The notes under the pieces: model-generated
Database searches by the model: none
What the model saw: the letters and a program-made list of their open reading frames with translations, nothing else
What the model was told of the DNA's origin: nothing
DNA from: an uncultured bacterium
GTDB taxonomy: Bacteria > Planctomycetota > UBA1135 > GCA-002686595
Length of the DNA: 64,000 nt
Assembly: GCA_943787795.1 (NCBI GenBank)
Contig: CALSNU010000002.1
Location: forward strand, 160,001 to 224,000
Reading direction: 5' to 3'
In this document: positions 1-10,069 of the stretch, piece after piece
Layout: the number at the start of each line of letters is the position of its first letter
Position numbering within the stretch: position 1 is the stretch's first letter
Position numbers and translations under genes: made by a program

Positions 1-1448
1 TGCGGGTAGAGCGCGAGCTCCACCCCGGTGGACTCGGCCAGCGCCGCGAGGTCCGCGAGGAGGCCGAGGGCGACGCCGCGCTCCTCGCGGTCTGTCGGCC
101 ACTCGAAGTCCCGGGGGAAGCTCGACCGAAGCCCGAGCCAGACCATCCCGGGCCCGCCCGTCATCGCGGTCATCGCAGCGCGCAGCTGCTCGACGCCAGA
201 GCCCTCGGGGTCAGCCAGGTCCAGCACGTGGTAGGCACTCCACAGGTCGCCCCCCGCCGCCTCCGCGGCGGCCCGGACCTCGCCCACGCGATCGCTCCCC
301 CAGGCGATGCCGTCAAAGCCGAGCTCGAGGGTCAAGCGGGCCTGGTCCGCGGGCGCGCCCGGTCCCGTCCCGGTGTGCATGGCGACGAACGGACGCCGCG
401 AGCCGTGGGAGCGGCGGTCCGCCGTCGCCGGTCGCCAAGCCTCCACCGACCACACGCCGTCGTCATCGAACGACAGCAGGCACTCGTCCCGACCGATCAG
501 CCGCCCGGAACCCGACGGCGAGGTGAAGCGGGCGCGCACGGAGCGATCCGGGCCGCTCGAGAGCTCCACGCGGGCCGCGCCAGGGAAGGGCGCGCCGCTG
601 CCGCGCATGGTGCTCGCCAGCTCAACCGCCACCTTCTTGGCGGAGCGACGCTCCCCTCCGCCCTCGTCCACGGAGGACGCGAGGAAGGGCTCCACGATAC
701 GCGGGTCCAGTCGAGACATGGCGTCAGCGAAGCCCAGCGCGAGGACCCGCGGCTCCAGCCGTGGATCAGGCGCGGCCACCCGGAAGGACATCACGTGCTG
801 CCAGGGCAGGTCGTCGGTCTCGCGGGCGAGCTCGAAGCCGCCGGCCGCCATCTCGCGAAGGACCTGGGCCTTGCTCATCTTGTGCCGCAGCTTGATGGGG
901 ACGGATCGGTCCTCGGAGCGGAACTCCACGAGCACCACCTCACCGCCCGGCCGCAGCGCCTTACGGATGTGGCCCAGCACTCGCACCGGGTGCGAGAGCT
1001 CGTGGTAGACGTCCACCATCAGCACGACGTCGCAGGAGCCCTCCGGGAGCCGCGGGTCATCCACCGTCGCCTCCACGTACTCGAGGTTCTCGAGGCCCTT
1101 GTCCTCTGCCCGCTCCCGCAGGAGCATCAGCATCTCTGGCTGCAGGTCGACGGCGAAGACCCGGCCCGCAGAGCCCACATCCCGCGCCAGCGGCAGGGTG
1201 TGGTAGCCGTTGCCGCACCCCAGATCACAGATCGCATCCCCAGGCGCCGCCGCCAGCCACGCGCGCAGCGCCGCACCGTTCTCTTCGTCCTCCCGGGTCT
1301 CTCGCAGGAGCCAGGGAGCGCCCGCCCAGTGCATGGTCCTCGCGATCCGTCGACCGAGGTATTCGTCTCGCCCTTCCGGCGATCCCTCGGGATCAGCTCC
1401 GTCCTGGAGGGAGAGGGCGAGGAGGCCGAGGCAGAGCAGGTGAATCAT
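1..1448 (-). CDS. Signal-peptide protein: class I SAM methyltransferase fused to a C-terminal xylose-isomerase/AP-endonuclease-2-like TIM barrel (runs off the left edge)
   Basis: My translation (absent from ORF track because no stop in window): MIHLLCLGLLALSLQ..., ICDLGCGNGYHT, VFAVDLQPEML, LMVDVYHELSHP, then LELGFDGIAW...AESTGVELALYP at the edge. Confidence 0.8.
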   Translation of the reverse strand, partial: MIHLLCLGLLALSLQDGADPEGSPEGRDEYLGRRIARTMHWAGAPWLLRETREDEENGAALRAWLAAAPGDAICDLGCGNGYHTLPLARDVGSAGRVFAVDLQPEMLMLLRERAEDKGLENLEYVEATVDDPRLPEGSCDVVLMVDVYHELSHPVRVLGHIRKALRPGGEVVLVEFRSEDRSVPIKLRHKMSKAQVLREMAAGGFELARETDDLPWQHVMSFRVAAPDPRLEPRVLALGFADAMSRLDPRIVEPFLASSVDEGGGERRSAKKVAVELASTMRGSGAPFPGAARVELSSGPDRSVRARFTSPSGSGRLIGRDECLLSFDDDGVWSVEAWRPATADRRSHGSRRPFVAMHTGTGPGAPADQARLTLELGFDGIAWGSDRVGEVRAAAEAAGGDLWSAYHVLDLADPEGSGVEQLRAAMTAMTGGPGMVWLGLRSSFPRDFEWPTDREERGVALGLLADLAALAESTGVELALYP

Positions 1449-1652
1449 GTCGGGACGCTGCGGGGGTGGGAAGCGCGAGGAGGCGGGAGAGGTGCCGGTC
1501 GAGGGACGAGCGGGGCTGTCTACGAATGTGACACGCTAAGGAATCGCCGACGGACGATCCGAGCGGTGTCTCGAATCGGTCGATGACGGGGCCATGCGGG
1601 CCGTCCCCTCCCGCTCCCCACCATGCGCGATTCGTCTCACCAGCCCTCAGCG

Positions 1653-2225
1653 ATGCCTCCTCTCCTGGAGCGTCCGCTCCAACGCAGCCCGTCCGGCGCC
1701 GGCTTCGCGCTCATCGAGATGGTGATCGCAGCCTCGATCCTGATGATCGGCGCCCTCGGCTTCCTGCAGCTCTTTACCGCCGCCGCCGATCTCAACGGGG
1801 CCAACCGGGAGGGGGCCGTCGCGCGCGAGGCCGCCCAGCGGGCCCTCACACGACTCGCCGCCTTCGAGCCCCGTGAGAGCCTCTTCGCGCTCCACAACGA
1901 GGACCCCGCTGATGACCCTGCGGGCGAGCCCCTCGCGGGCTTCCTGCTCTCGGGCTTCGAGGTCGACGGGCTCTCGCCACGGGCCAACGACCCCGACGGC
2001 CTCGTGGGGCGCGTGATCTTCCCGATCGATCCCATCACCGGCGCCCTGCACCCCGAGTTTCAGTCCTCTGACTTCTCCGTTGCTCCCGCCCTCATTGGCG
2101 CCGGCGTCTCGGCGGAGGTGGCCCAGGCCTATGGCCTGTTGCTCCCCATCGCCGTCCGCCTCGAGTGGCAGCACAAGGGCCGACCCGTCCAGCACGAGAT
2201 CGTCACGCTGATCTCACCTCGATGA
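1653..2225 (+). CDS. Prepilin-type N-terminal cleavage/methylation protein (PilV-like minor pilin/pseudopilin)
   Basis: GAG|FALIEMVIAASILMIG type III signal with Glu5; start could be 1623. Confidence 0.8.
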   Translation: MPPLLERPLQRSPSGAGFALIEMVIAASILMIGALGFLQLFTAAADLNGANREGAVAREAAQRALTRLAAFEPRESLFALHNEDPADDPAGEPLAGFLLSGFEVDGLSPRANDPDGLVGRVIFPIDPITGALHPEFQSSDFSVAPALIGAGVSAEVAQAYGLLLPIAVRLEWQHKGRPVQHEIVTLISPR

Positions 2226-2887
2226 AGCACCTCCCGAAGACGTCCTTCTCCGGGGTTCGCGGGGGCTTCACCCTGCTCGAGGTCCTGATCGCGCTCACGG
2301 TCCTCGCCCTGCTGCTCTCCTCCGTCGGGCTCCTCGCGTCCGGCAGCAAGAACGCCTTCAGCCGCGGCACGACCGTCAGCGCCATGGAGCTGCGAACAGG
2401 GCTCACCAGCAGCGTCATCCGGAGCGAGCTCTCCCTCGCCCTGGCCGGCTCGCTCATGCCAGAGATCCAGTCCGGCCAGCGGGTAACGGAGCTCACCTAC
2501 GTCCGCGCCTTGGGCTGGGAAGGCGAGACCACCATCACGACCGCGCCGCGGACCCTGCGCTTCGAGATCGACCCCACGGAGGCCAACAACGGCGCCGATG
2601 ACGACGGTGACGGGCTCATCGATGAGGGCATCCTCGTGCTGATCGAGGATGTGGGGCTCCCCACCGAGCACCGCCGCGTCCTCGCCCGCGGCCTCGCGGA
2701 GTACGCGGAGGGAGAGGTCTTCAACGGCGTTGACGACAACGGTGACGGCCTGGTGGACGAGTCAGGCTTCGCCATCGAACGCATGGGCGCCGCTCTCGAG
2801 GTCACCGTGACCCTCGAACAACGACCCCCCGGGCGCGAAGAGACCATCCAGAGAACCCTGCGGAGCTCGATCCTCCTGCGAAACTGA
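2222..2887 (+). CDS. Prepilin-type protein (PilW-like) with two NGxDDxGDGLxDE acidic motifs
   Basis: RGG|FTLLEVLIAL; ATGA overlap with upstream gene. Confidence 0.8.
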   Translation: MKHLPKTSFSGVRGGFTLLEVLIALTVLALLLSSVGLLASGSKNAFSRGTTVSAMELRTGLTSSVIRSELSLALAGSLMPEIQSGQRVTELTYVRALGWEGETTITTAPRTLRFEIDPTEANNGADDDGDGLIDEGILVLIEDVGLPTEHRRVLARGLAEYAEGEVFNGVDDNGDGLVDESGFAIERMGAALEVTVTLEQRPPGREETIQRTLRSSILLRN

Positions 2888-4170
2888 TGAAGCTAACACG
2901 CCCCCTGAACCACGATGCGCCGACGACATCACGCGAAGCGAGCCGGTCCGGCTCGGTGCTCGTGACCGTCATCATCTTCGTGATGGTCCTCGCAGGACTG
3001 GGGAGCTCGATGCTCCGCGTTGACCTCTCGATCTCCAACAGTCGCCGCTCCGATGGCGCTGCGCAGCGGGCCTACTTCGCGGCCGAGTCCGGGATCGATG
3101 AGGCGTTCATTCTCCTCCGCTCGCGGCTGCTGGCACCTGAGGAAGGCGACACGGTCACCGTCGGCAGCGAGCAGATCCCGAGGACCCTCGCCAACTCAAG
3201 CTACTGGGCCGAGGTGACGCGGCTGGATGCCTGGCGCTTTCAGGTCATCGCCACCGGCGCCTGCGACGACGAGCGAAAGCGCCAGGAGTGCGTCTTCACC
3301 ACGGCCCCGGACGGCTTCTTCCAATACGCGGCCTTCGCGAGGGACGGCCTCTCCCTGGGCGACGGCTCGGTGACGAACAGCTACGACCCGACGCTGGGCA
3401 CCTTCGCCAGCCAGTCCTCCCGTGGCAACGGAGGCGTGGGAGCCAACGGCAACGTGACGCTGGGCGGGAACACGCTCATCAACGGGGACGCGGTCACGGG
3501 AGAGGGGGGCTCGATCATCGAGAACGGCGCCAATGTGGTCATCACCGGCGACCGAGGCTCCCTCGACGAGGGCATGACGTTCCCGCCCATCGAGCCGCCC
3601 GTGGTCACGTCGAGCGGTCCGCTGGACGCCACGGCGGACTCCACCATCGGGCCGGGTCTCATCGGCTTCGACGAGGTCTCGGCGGAGGGCGGTACGACGC
3701 TGACCATCGAGGGTCCCGCGCAGATCGTCATGTCGAGCTTCACCCTCGGCGGGGGGAGCTCGCTGGTCATCGACAGCTCCAACGGGCCCGTCGAGATCTA
3801 CACCGCGGGCGACTGGGACATCAGCGGCGACTCGGCGGTCCGGACCACCAGCGAGTCCGCGCGCGAGTTCCAGCTCTTCATCGGGGGTGACACCGACAGC
3901 GGCGCCGACCCCGCTACGGTGAGCTTGAACGCCAACACGGTGCTCCACGGGGCGATCTACGCCCCCGACGCTTCCATCAGCGTGCCGGCTGACTTCGAGC
4001 TCTTCGGGAGCCTGATTGCGCGCAGCCTCACCTTCGGCGAGGCCGCTCGCCTGCACTTCGACGAGTCGCTCCTCTACGAGTCTGACGAGGAGACCCTCTC
4101 GCTCGAGACGCTGATCTGGCGCCCCGTCTCCTCAGACGGGACCCCCGAGTCAGGCACGCCAGGCGCCTGA
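2887..4170 (+). CDS. PilX/GspK-like minor pilin with large beta-rich C-terminal domain
   Basis: RSG|SVLVTVIIFVMVL (no Glu5), AYFAAESGIDEA PilX-N motif, GAIYAPDA; TGATG overlap. Confidence 0.75.
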   Translation: MKLTRPLNHDAPTTSREASRSGSVLVTVIIFVMVLAGLGSSMLRVDLSISNSRRSDGAAQRAYFAAESGIDEAFILLRSRLLAPEEGDTVTVGSEQIPRTLANSSYWAEVTRLDAWRFQVIATGACDDERKRQECVFTTAPDGFFQYAAFARDGLSLGDGSVTNSYDPTLGTFASQSSRGNGGVGANGNVTLGGNTLINGDAVTGEGGSIIENGANVVITGDRGSLDEGMTFPPIEPPVVTSSGPLDATADSTIGPGLIGFDEVSAEGGTTLTIEGPAQIVMSSFTLGGGSSLVIDSSNGPVEIYTAGDWDISGDSAVRTTSESAREFQLFIGGDTDSGADPATVSLNANTVLHGAIYAPDASISVPADFELFGSLIARSLTFGEAARLHFDESLLYESDEETLSLETLIWRPVSSDGTPESGTPGA

Positions 4171-4216
4171 CGGAGGCTCGCGGTCCCAGCGTTGGGCCCC
4201 TTGCCCCAAGGGTCCC

Positions 4217-4888
4217 CTACGCGCTGGGTTCTTCAGCGCCGGATTGTTCAGAGTCCGATTCTTCAGAGTCCGATTCTTCAGAGTCTGATTCTTCAGGGTC
4301 CGATTCTTCAGGGTCCGGAGCTCGCATGAACCAGAGCCCCGAGTTCCCGTAGACCCGCGGCTTCTCCTCGTCCGACAGTCCCAGATCCTCGGGTCGCAGG
4401 TCCTTGGGGTGGGTGTGAAGCACGAGGACCCCACCGGGAACCACGGCCTCGGCGAGGACGGCCCGGACCACGGCCAGCATGGTCGCGCGGTCCCCGGGAG
4501 CCCGCCAGATCGGATAGGGCGGGTCCAGGAAGGCCACATCCGCCCACCGACTGCCGTCAGGGCGACGCCAGGCGTCCCCGATCAGCGCGTCGCCGGGGGC
4601 ATGCTCCACCTGGTCGTCGGAGACGCCGCAGGCCTCACAGTTCTTGCGGAGGACCCTCCGTGCCGAGCTCTCTTGCTCCACGAAGCGGACCCGACGCGCC
4701 CCCCGGGAGAGCGCCTCCAGGCCGAGGCCCCCCGAGCCGCTGAACAGGTCGAGCACCTCCGCGTCCACGATCTCGTCTCCGAGGATGTTGAACAGGTTCT
4801 CCTTCACCCGGCCGAGCATGGGCCGGGTGTCCTCGCCCGGGGGCGCGGCAAGCCGCCTCCCCTTGAATTCTCCGGTGATGATGCGCAC
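4217..4888 (-). CDS. rsmD: 16S rRNA m2G966 methyltransferase RsmD with acidic repeat tail
   Basis: VRIITGEFKGRRL...TRP...VKENLFNIL, VLDLFSGSGGLGLEALSRGA, FLDPPY; GTG start at 4888. Confidence 0.9.
   Translation of the reverse strand: MRIITGEFKGRRLAAPPGEDTRPMLGRVKENLFNILGDEIVDAEVLDLFSGSGGLGLEALSRGARRVRFVEQESSARRVLRKNCEACGVSDDQVEHAPGDALIGDAWRRPDGSRWADVAFLDPPYPIWRAPGDRATMLAVVRAVLAEAVVPGGVLVLHTHPKDLRPEDLGLSDEEKPRVYGNSGLWFMRAPDPEESDPEESDSEESDSEESDSEQSGAEEPSA
4247..4321. repeat. 15-bp tandem repeat x5 (TTCAGAGTCCGATTC) encoding [P/S]EESD repeats at the RsmD C-terminus
   Basis: Read directly from sequence. Confidence 0.95.
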
Positions 4889-4948
4889 GAGCGGAAGAGT
4901 AGCAGGCCCCCCGTTGGAGCAGCCCCTCCCGGCACCTAGGATTCGTGG

Positions 4949-5695
4949 GTGAGCAATTCCGTTCCGGCCCCCATCCCCCGCCTCCACGTCAACATCGACC
5001 ACGTGGCCACCGTCCGGCAGGCCCGCCGGGAGGCGTTCCCTGACCCGGTCGAGTGGGCGCTGCGCTGTGAGACCGCCGGAGCCCACGGCATCACCTGCCA
5101 CCTCCGCAAGGACCGCCGCCACGTTCAGGATGCGGATATCCACCGGCTACGCGAGGCCGTCACGACCCTGCTCAACCTCGAGTGCAGCCTCGATGAGTCG
5201 ATGCTCACCATCGCCGAGAAGAGCGGCTCCGAGGCTTACTGCCTCGTCCCGGAGAACCGCCTGGAGATCTCCACGGAGGGCGGGCTTGACGTCATCCGGG
5301 AGACGCCCCGCCTGAGGGACGCCGTCCCGCGCCTCACCGAGGCCGGCGGGGTCGTGTCGATCTTCATCGACCCGGACCCAAGGCAACTCGACGCGGCCGC
5401 CGCCCTGGGAGCTCCCTTCGTCGAGCTGCACACCGGGGCCTACGCCAACGCCCGCGGCGCCGTCCAAGAGGCTGAGCTCGCACGGCTGGCGGAGGCGTCG
5501 CGCTACGCCCGTTCGCTCGGGCTGAGGGTCAACGCAGGGCACGGGCTCGACTTCGAGAACACCGCCCCCGTGGCCGCAATCGGGGGAATAGAGGAGCTGA
5601 ACATCGGCTTCGCCATGGTCGCTCGTTCGCTCTTCGACGGCGTGGACCGCTGCGTGAAGGACATGCTGCGCCTCATCGAGGGAGCTCGAAGTTGA
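4949..5695 (+). CDS. pdxJ: Pyridoxine 5'-phosphate synthase
   Basis: LHVNIDHVATVRQAR, GITCHLRKDRRH, STEGGLDV, VELHTGAYA, VNAGHGL, EELNIG. Confidence 0.95.
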   Translation: MSNSVPAPIPRLHVNIDHVATVRQARREAFPDPVEWALRCETAGAHGITCHLRKDRRHVQDADIHRLREAVTTLLNLECSLDESMLTIAEKSGSEAYCLVPENRLEISTEGGLDVIRETPRLRDAVPRLTEAGGVVSIFIDPDPRQLDAAAALGAPFVELHTGAYANARGAVQEAELARLAEASRYARSLGLRVNAGHGLDFENTAPVAAIGGIEELNIGFAMVARSLFDGVDRCVKDMLRLIEGARS

Positions 5696-6606
5696 GCTCG
5701 GAGGACCTCGCCTACCTGCGCGGCGCGATCACAGCGCTGCCGACGCCCTTCCGCGACGGGGTCATCGACCTCGAGGCCCTGGACCGACTCGTGCAGCATC
5801 AAGCTCGCCAACGGACGACCGCGGTCGTGGTCGGCGGCGCGACGGGTGAGGGTTGGTCCCTCGAGGTCGATGAGGTGGGCCAGCTCGTGGCCCGCACCGT
5901 GGCCAGCGCGGAGGAGAGCTCGGACTATCGGCTGCGCGTGATCTTTGGCGTGACCGAGGTCAGCTCGGAGCGAGCGGCCAGGGTCGCACGGAACGCCGCC
6001 CTGGCGGGCGCCGACGCCCTCCTCGTGAGCGCTCCCCCCTTCGCCATGCCGGACGTCAAGGGGGTCATTGCCCACCTGCGCCAGATCCTCGATGCGCTCC
6101 CCAGCGATCTCCCGCTCATCACGATCAACGAACCGGAGCGGACGGGAACAGACCTCGACCCCGAGGCGCTCAAGGAGATCCTCGAGAGGGTCCCTGAGGT
6201 CGCCGCGCACTGCGAGGCCGGGGGTCGCCCCACCCGGGCCCGGACCCTGGCGGCCGAGCTCTCGATCCCCCTGCTGGCCGGCGAAGATCGAATGATCGGC
6301 CCGATGATCCGCAACGGCGCCCAGGGCGCCATCACGGTCGTGGGCAACCTGGTGCCCGGCGAGGTGGCGTCCTTCATCGAGGCCACCCGCGCGGACGATC
6401 CGGAGGCCGACGCGCTGGAACGCAAGCTCGCGCCGCTCATCGACGCCCTGCGCATCACGACCAACCCCGTGCCCATCAAGGGTGCCCTCGCTGCCCTCGA
6501 GGCGGCGCGGAACGACGTGCGAGCGCCCCTCCTGCGCCTCGACACCCGCCAGCGCACCGCCTTGGAGCGGTCTCTGACCCTGGCGCGGCTGCTGATCCCC
6601 ACCTGA
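5692..6606 (+). CDS. DapA/DHDPS-family protein lacking catalytic residues (probable pseudoenzyme)
   Basis: ALPTPF, GATGE, NEPERTG, LLAGED, NPVPIK; Schiff-base Lys position is Cys. Confidence 0.85.
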   Translation: MSSEDLAYLRGAITALPTPFRDGVIDLEALDRLVQHQARQRTTAVVVGGATGEGWSLEVDEVGQLVARTVASAEESSDYRLRVIFGVTEVSSERAARVARNAALAGADALLVSAPPFAMPDVKGVIAHLRQILDALPSDLPLITINEPERTGTDLDPEALKEILERVPEVAAHCEAGGRPTRARTLAAELSIPLLAGEDRMIGPMIRNGAQGAITVVGNLVPGEVASFIEATRADDPEADALERKLAPLIDALRITTNPVPIKGALAALEAARNDVRAPLLRLDTRQRTALERSLTLARLLIPT

Positions 6607-6644
6607 GCGAGGCCCTCTCGGGTCGGCGCCCCTGACAGTTAGGC

Positions 6645-6680
6645 GCGCCAAAGTGGCACCCATGGATGCCAAAAGGGCGT
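6645..6680. promoter_or_regulatory. Two imperfect palindromes 21 bp apart; candidate enhancer-binding-protein sites
   Basis: GCGCCA-AAG-TGGCAC (6645-6659) and ATGCCA-AAA-GGGCGT (6666-6680). Confidence 0.5.
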
Positions 6681-6742
6681 CAATGGGCAGCCTGACCCGG
6701 CCTGAGGCTGCCCCGGGGGGGCAAAGAGCGCGATCGGGGGCA

Positions 6743-6757
6743 TGGCATGCCCGTTGC
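6743..6757 (+). promoter_or_regulatory. Sigma54 (-24/-12) promoter upstream of clpB
   Basis: TGGCATG-CCCG-TTGC, one mismatch to TGGCACG-N4-TTGC, exact GG-N10-GC spacing. Confidence 0.7.
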
Positions 6758-6808
6758 CTTCTGGAGTGTCCGGTCCGCGTTCTGCGGGCCGAGCAGAGGT
6801 ACTCCAAC

Positions 6809-9361
6809 ATGCAAGCTCAATACACCCACCGCTCCCAGGCTGCGCTCGCAGCCGCACAGGAGCTCGCCGTTCGCTCCGGGCACCCGGAGCTGACCCCCGC
6901 GCACCTGGCTTCGGCGCTCCTCGAGGAGCCCGAGGGGGTCACGTCCGCGGTCCTCGACAAGCTCGGGGTGGACCCCCGCGCCCTCCAAAGAGAGCTCGAA
7001 GAACAGCTCCAGCGGCTCCCCCGCATGAGCGGCGGCCAGGTCGCGGGGTCACGCGCCCTCGCGGAGGTGATCGCGGAGGCGAACGCCGCCGCGGGTCAGC
7101 GCGGCGATGAGTACGTCTCCACGGAGCACCTGCTGCTCGCGCTGGCGGCGAAGGGATCCCCCGAGGTCGCGGCCCTGTTCACCAGCCGCGACGCGGGACC
7201 CGATCGCATCGAGGCGGCCCTGGAGGACGTACGCGGGAACCGCAAGGTCACCTCCCCCGACCCCGAGGCGACCTTCGAGGCCCTGGAGAAGTACGCCCGC
7301 GACCTCACGGCCGACGCGAAGGCCCAGAAGCTGGACCCCGTCATTGGCCGGGACGGCGAGATCCGCCGCGTGATCCAGGTCCTCTCCCGGCGCCGCAAGA
7401 ACAACCCTGTGCTCATCGGCGAGCCCGGGGTTGGCAAGACGGCCATCGCCGAGGGGCTCGCCAACCGCATCGCGGTGGGCGACGTGCCCGACGGGCTCAA
7501 GGACAAGCGCGTCATGTCCCTCGACCTGGGCGCGCTCCTGGCGGGCGCGAAGTACCGCGGTGAGTTCGAGGAGCGCCTCAAGGCGGTCCTCGAGGAGATC
7601 AAGGAGGCAGAGGGCGAGATCGTCCTCTTCATCGACGAGCTCCACACCCTCGTGGGTGCAGGTGGCTCGGAGGGCGCTGTGGACGCCGCCAACATGCTCA
7701 AGCCCGCGCTCGCGCGAGGCGAGCTCAAGTGCGTGGGCGCGACGACCCTCGACGAGTACCGCAAGTACATCGAGAAGGACGCTGCCCTTGAGCGCCGCTT
7801 CATGCCAGTGACGGTCGACGAGCCCTCGGTCGACGACACCGTCGCGATCCTGCGCGGCCTCAAGGAGCGCTACGAGGTGCACCACGGCGTGCGGATCCTC
7901 GACAGCGCCCTGGTCGCGGCCTCACGTCTCGCGGACCGCCACATCACCGACCGCTTCATGCCCGACAAGGCCATCGACTGCGTCGACGAGGCCGCGGCGC
8001 AGCTGCGCACGGCCATCGACTCCCTGCCGCAAGAGCTCGACGAGATCGAGCGACGCCAGCGACAGCTTGAGATCGAGCGCACCGCCGCGTCAGGCGAGGA
8101 CACCGAGCGCAACGCCGCCCGCATCGGGCTCATCGGGGAGGAGCTCGCGGACCTCGAGGAGCGCGCCAGCGCCCTGCGGACCCGCTGGACCACCGAGAAG
8201 GACCTGATCCGCTCCATCCGAGCGGGTAAGGCCCTCCTGGAGGAGCTGCGGGCCGAAGCCGAGCGCGAGGAGCGCGCCGGCGACTTCGAGCGCGTGGGCC
8301 AGCTGCGCTTCGGCGAGATCCCCGAGACCGAGGCTGACATCGAGGCCTCCTCGGAGGAGCTCGACAGAGTCCAGGCCGAGGGCGCCATGCTCCCCGAGGC
8401 GGTGGATGACGAGATGATTGCCAGGGTCGTCGCCCGCTGGACAGGGATCCCTGCGGACAAGCTGCTCGAGACCGAGCGGCAGAAGCTGCTCCAGATGGAG
8501 GACGGCCTGCGCGCCCGCGTGGTCGGCCAGGACGACGCCCTCGCCTCGATCAGCCAGGCGGTCCGACGGGCCCGCGCCGGGCTCGTGGAAGAGACGCGTC
8601 CCCTGGGCGCCTTCCTGATGCTCGGGCCCACCGGCGTCGGCAAGACGGAGACGGCCAAGGCCGTCGCGGAGTTCCTCTTCGACGACGAGCGAAACATGAT
8701 CCGACTCGACATGAGCGAGTTCATGGAGAAGCACTCGGTGAGCCGCATGATCGGCGCGCCTCCCGGCTACGTCGGCCACGACGAGGGCGGCGTCCTCACC
8801 GAGGCCGTGCGGCGCAAGCCCCACAGCGTGATCCTGCTCGACGAGGTCGAGAAGGCCCACCCCGACGTGTTCAACGTGCTGCTGCAGGTCCTCGACGACG
8901 GCCGCCTCACGGACGGTCAGGGTCGCACCGTGGACTTCACGCAGACGCTGGTCCTCATGACGAGCAACCTGCGGGGGGAGGGCGCGGTGAAGGACTACTT
9001 CCGACCCGAGTTCATCAACCGCCTCGACGAGGTGCTGACCTTCAAGGCCCTTGAGAGGGACCAGATCCGCAGCATCGTGGATGTGCAGGTGCAGCGCCTC
9101 TCGCGCCAGCTCACGGACCGGGACATCGAGCTCGTCCTCACTGACGGCGCCCTCGAGGCCCTGGCCGAGGAGGGCTACGACCCCGAGTTCGGCGCCCGGC
9201 CGCTCAAGCGCGCCCTCCAGCGCAACGTGCAGAACCTGCTGGCCGAGGCGATCCTTCGGGACGACATCCGGCCGGGGCAGACGGTGACCGTGGACGTGCA
9301 TGAGGGCCTCTTCGGCATCTCGGCCAGGGAGACCCTGACGCCGACCCTGCTCGCCTCCTGA
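6809..9361 (+). CDS. clpB: ATP-dependent disaggregase ClpB
   Basis: Clp N repeats, [23 protein letters not shown], middle coiled coil, [22 protein letters not shown]. Confidence 0.97.
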   Translation: MQAQYTHRSQAALAAAQELAVRSGHPELTPAHLASALLEEPEGVTSAVLDKLGVDPRALQRELEEQLQRLPRMSGGQVAGSRALAEVIAEANAAAGQRGDEYVSTEHLLLALAAKGSPEVAALFTSRDAGPDRIEAALEDVRGNRKVTSPDPEATFEALEKYARDLTADAKAQKLDPVIGRDGEIRRVIQVLSRRRKNNPVLIGEPGVGKTAIAEGLANRIAVGDVPDGLKDKRVMSLDLGALLAGAKYRGEFEERLKAVLEEIKEAEGEIVLFIDELHTLVGAGGSEGAVDAANMLKPALARGELKCVGATTLDEYRKYIEKDAALERRFMPVTVDEPSVDDTVAILRGLKERYEVHHGVRILDSALVAASRLADRHITDRFMPDKAIDCVDEAAAQLRTAIDSLPQELDEIERRQRQLEIERTAASGEDTERNAARIGLIGEELADLEERASALRTRWTTEKDLIRSIRAGKALLEELRAEAEREERAGDFERVGQLRFGEIPETEADIEASSEELDRVQAEGAMLPEAVDDEMIARVVARWTGIPADKLLETERQKLLQMEDGLRARVVGQDDALASISQAVRRARAGLVEETRPLGAFLMLGPTGVGKTETAKAVAEFLFDDERNMIRLDMSEFMEKHSVSRMIGAPPGYVGHDEGGVLTEAVRRKPHSVILLDEVEKAHPDVFNVLLQVLDDGRLTDGQGRTVDFTQTLVLMTSNLRGEGAVKDYFRPEFINRLDEVLTFKALERDQIRSIVDVQVQRLSRQLTDRDIELVLTDGALEALAEEGYDPEFGARPLKRALQRNVQNLLAEAILRDDIRPGQTVTVDVHEGLFGISARETLTPTLLAS

Positions 9362-9400
9362 CCGAGGTGAGCTCGCCCCTGGGAGGCGAGGGGAGTGGTG

Positions 9401-9436
9401 GCGGCGCGCCGATCGCAGGAGCGATCGGCGCGCCGC
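9401..9436 (+). terminator. Perfect 16-bp stem-loop downstream of clpB
   Basis: GCGGCGCGCCGATCGC-AGGA-GCGATCGGCGCGCCGC; no immediate U-tract. Confidence 0.6.
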
Positions 9437-9516
9437 GCTCATGACGCCTTTGGTCTGCGGCCGGCGCGGTCCCATACTCGGGGTCCACCCAGACCTCCTC
9501 TCCACCACCCAGAACC

Positions 9517-9915
9517 ATGCTCCGCCTCCTGCCCGCCACCCTCCTGCTCCTCACCGCCTGCGCCGGCCCGGGCCCCGCCCAACACTCCAGCGCGGACCTC
9601 CAGCAGACCCAGGTCGTCCACGACGTGTTCTTCATCCTCGAGGATGGCTCCCCAGAGGCCTGCGAGGCACTGGCCCAGGCGTGCTTGGCGCTGAGCAGCA
9701 TCCCCGGGGTCCTCCATTTGACCGCGGGGATCCGCGACGAGAGCCAGCAGGGCCGCGCGAACCGGCAGGACTTCCACGTGGGCCTCCACGTGGAGTTCGA
9801 CAGCCCGGAGGCGTACGCGGCCTACGGACCCCATCCCACCCACCAGACCCTGATCGAGGCCTTCAAGGACAACTGGAAGGCCGTGGAGGTCTTCGACTAC
9901 TTCCCCAGTCGCTGA
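9517..9915 (+). CDS. Dabb (stress-responsive A/B barrel) lipoprotein
   Basis: Lipobox LLTAC; VVHDVFF, IPGV, FHVGLHVEFDS...YAAYGPHPTH, VEVFDY. Confidence 0.85.
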   Translation: MLRLLPATLLLLTACAGPGPAQHSSADLQQTQVVHDVFFILEDGSPEACEALAQACLALSSIPGVLHLTAGIRDESQQGRANRQDFHVGLHVEFDSPEAYAAYGPHPTHQTLIEAFKDNWKAVEVFDYFPSR

Positions 9916-10069
9916 GCGGTCGCGCCCCGCCGGACCCCTTGCGCGGATGGGACCCCATCCGTGGCCCCACCACCGGCCTCGATCGAGGCTGCCCCAGGGT
10001 GGGGCGAGGTCTCGGTGCCCTGGTGGCCCCCGGTGCCCCCCCGCCGGGTACCCTTCCGCAGCCTCCCAC

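Noticed and set aside
4889..5143. N-terminal extension of the RsmD ORF overlapping pdxJ
   Set aside because: RsmD similarity starts at GTG 4888, which has its own -10-like box
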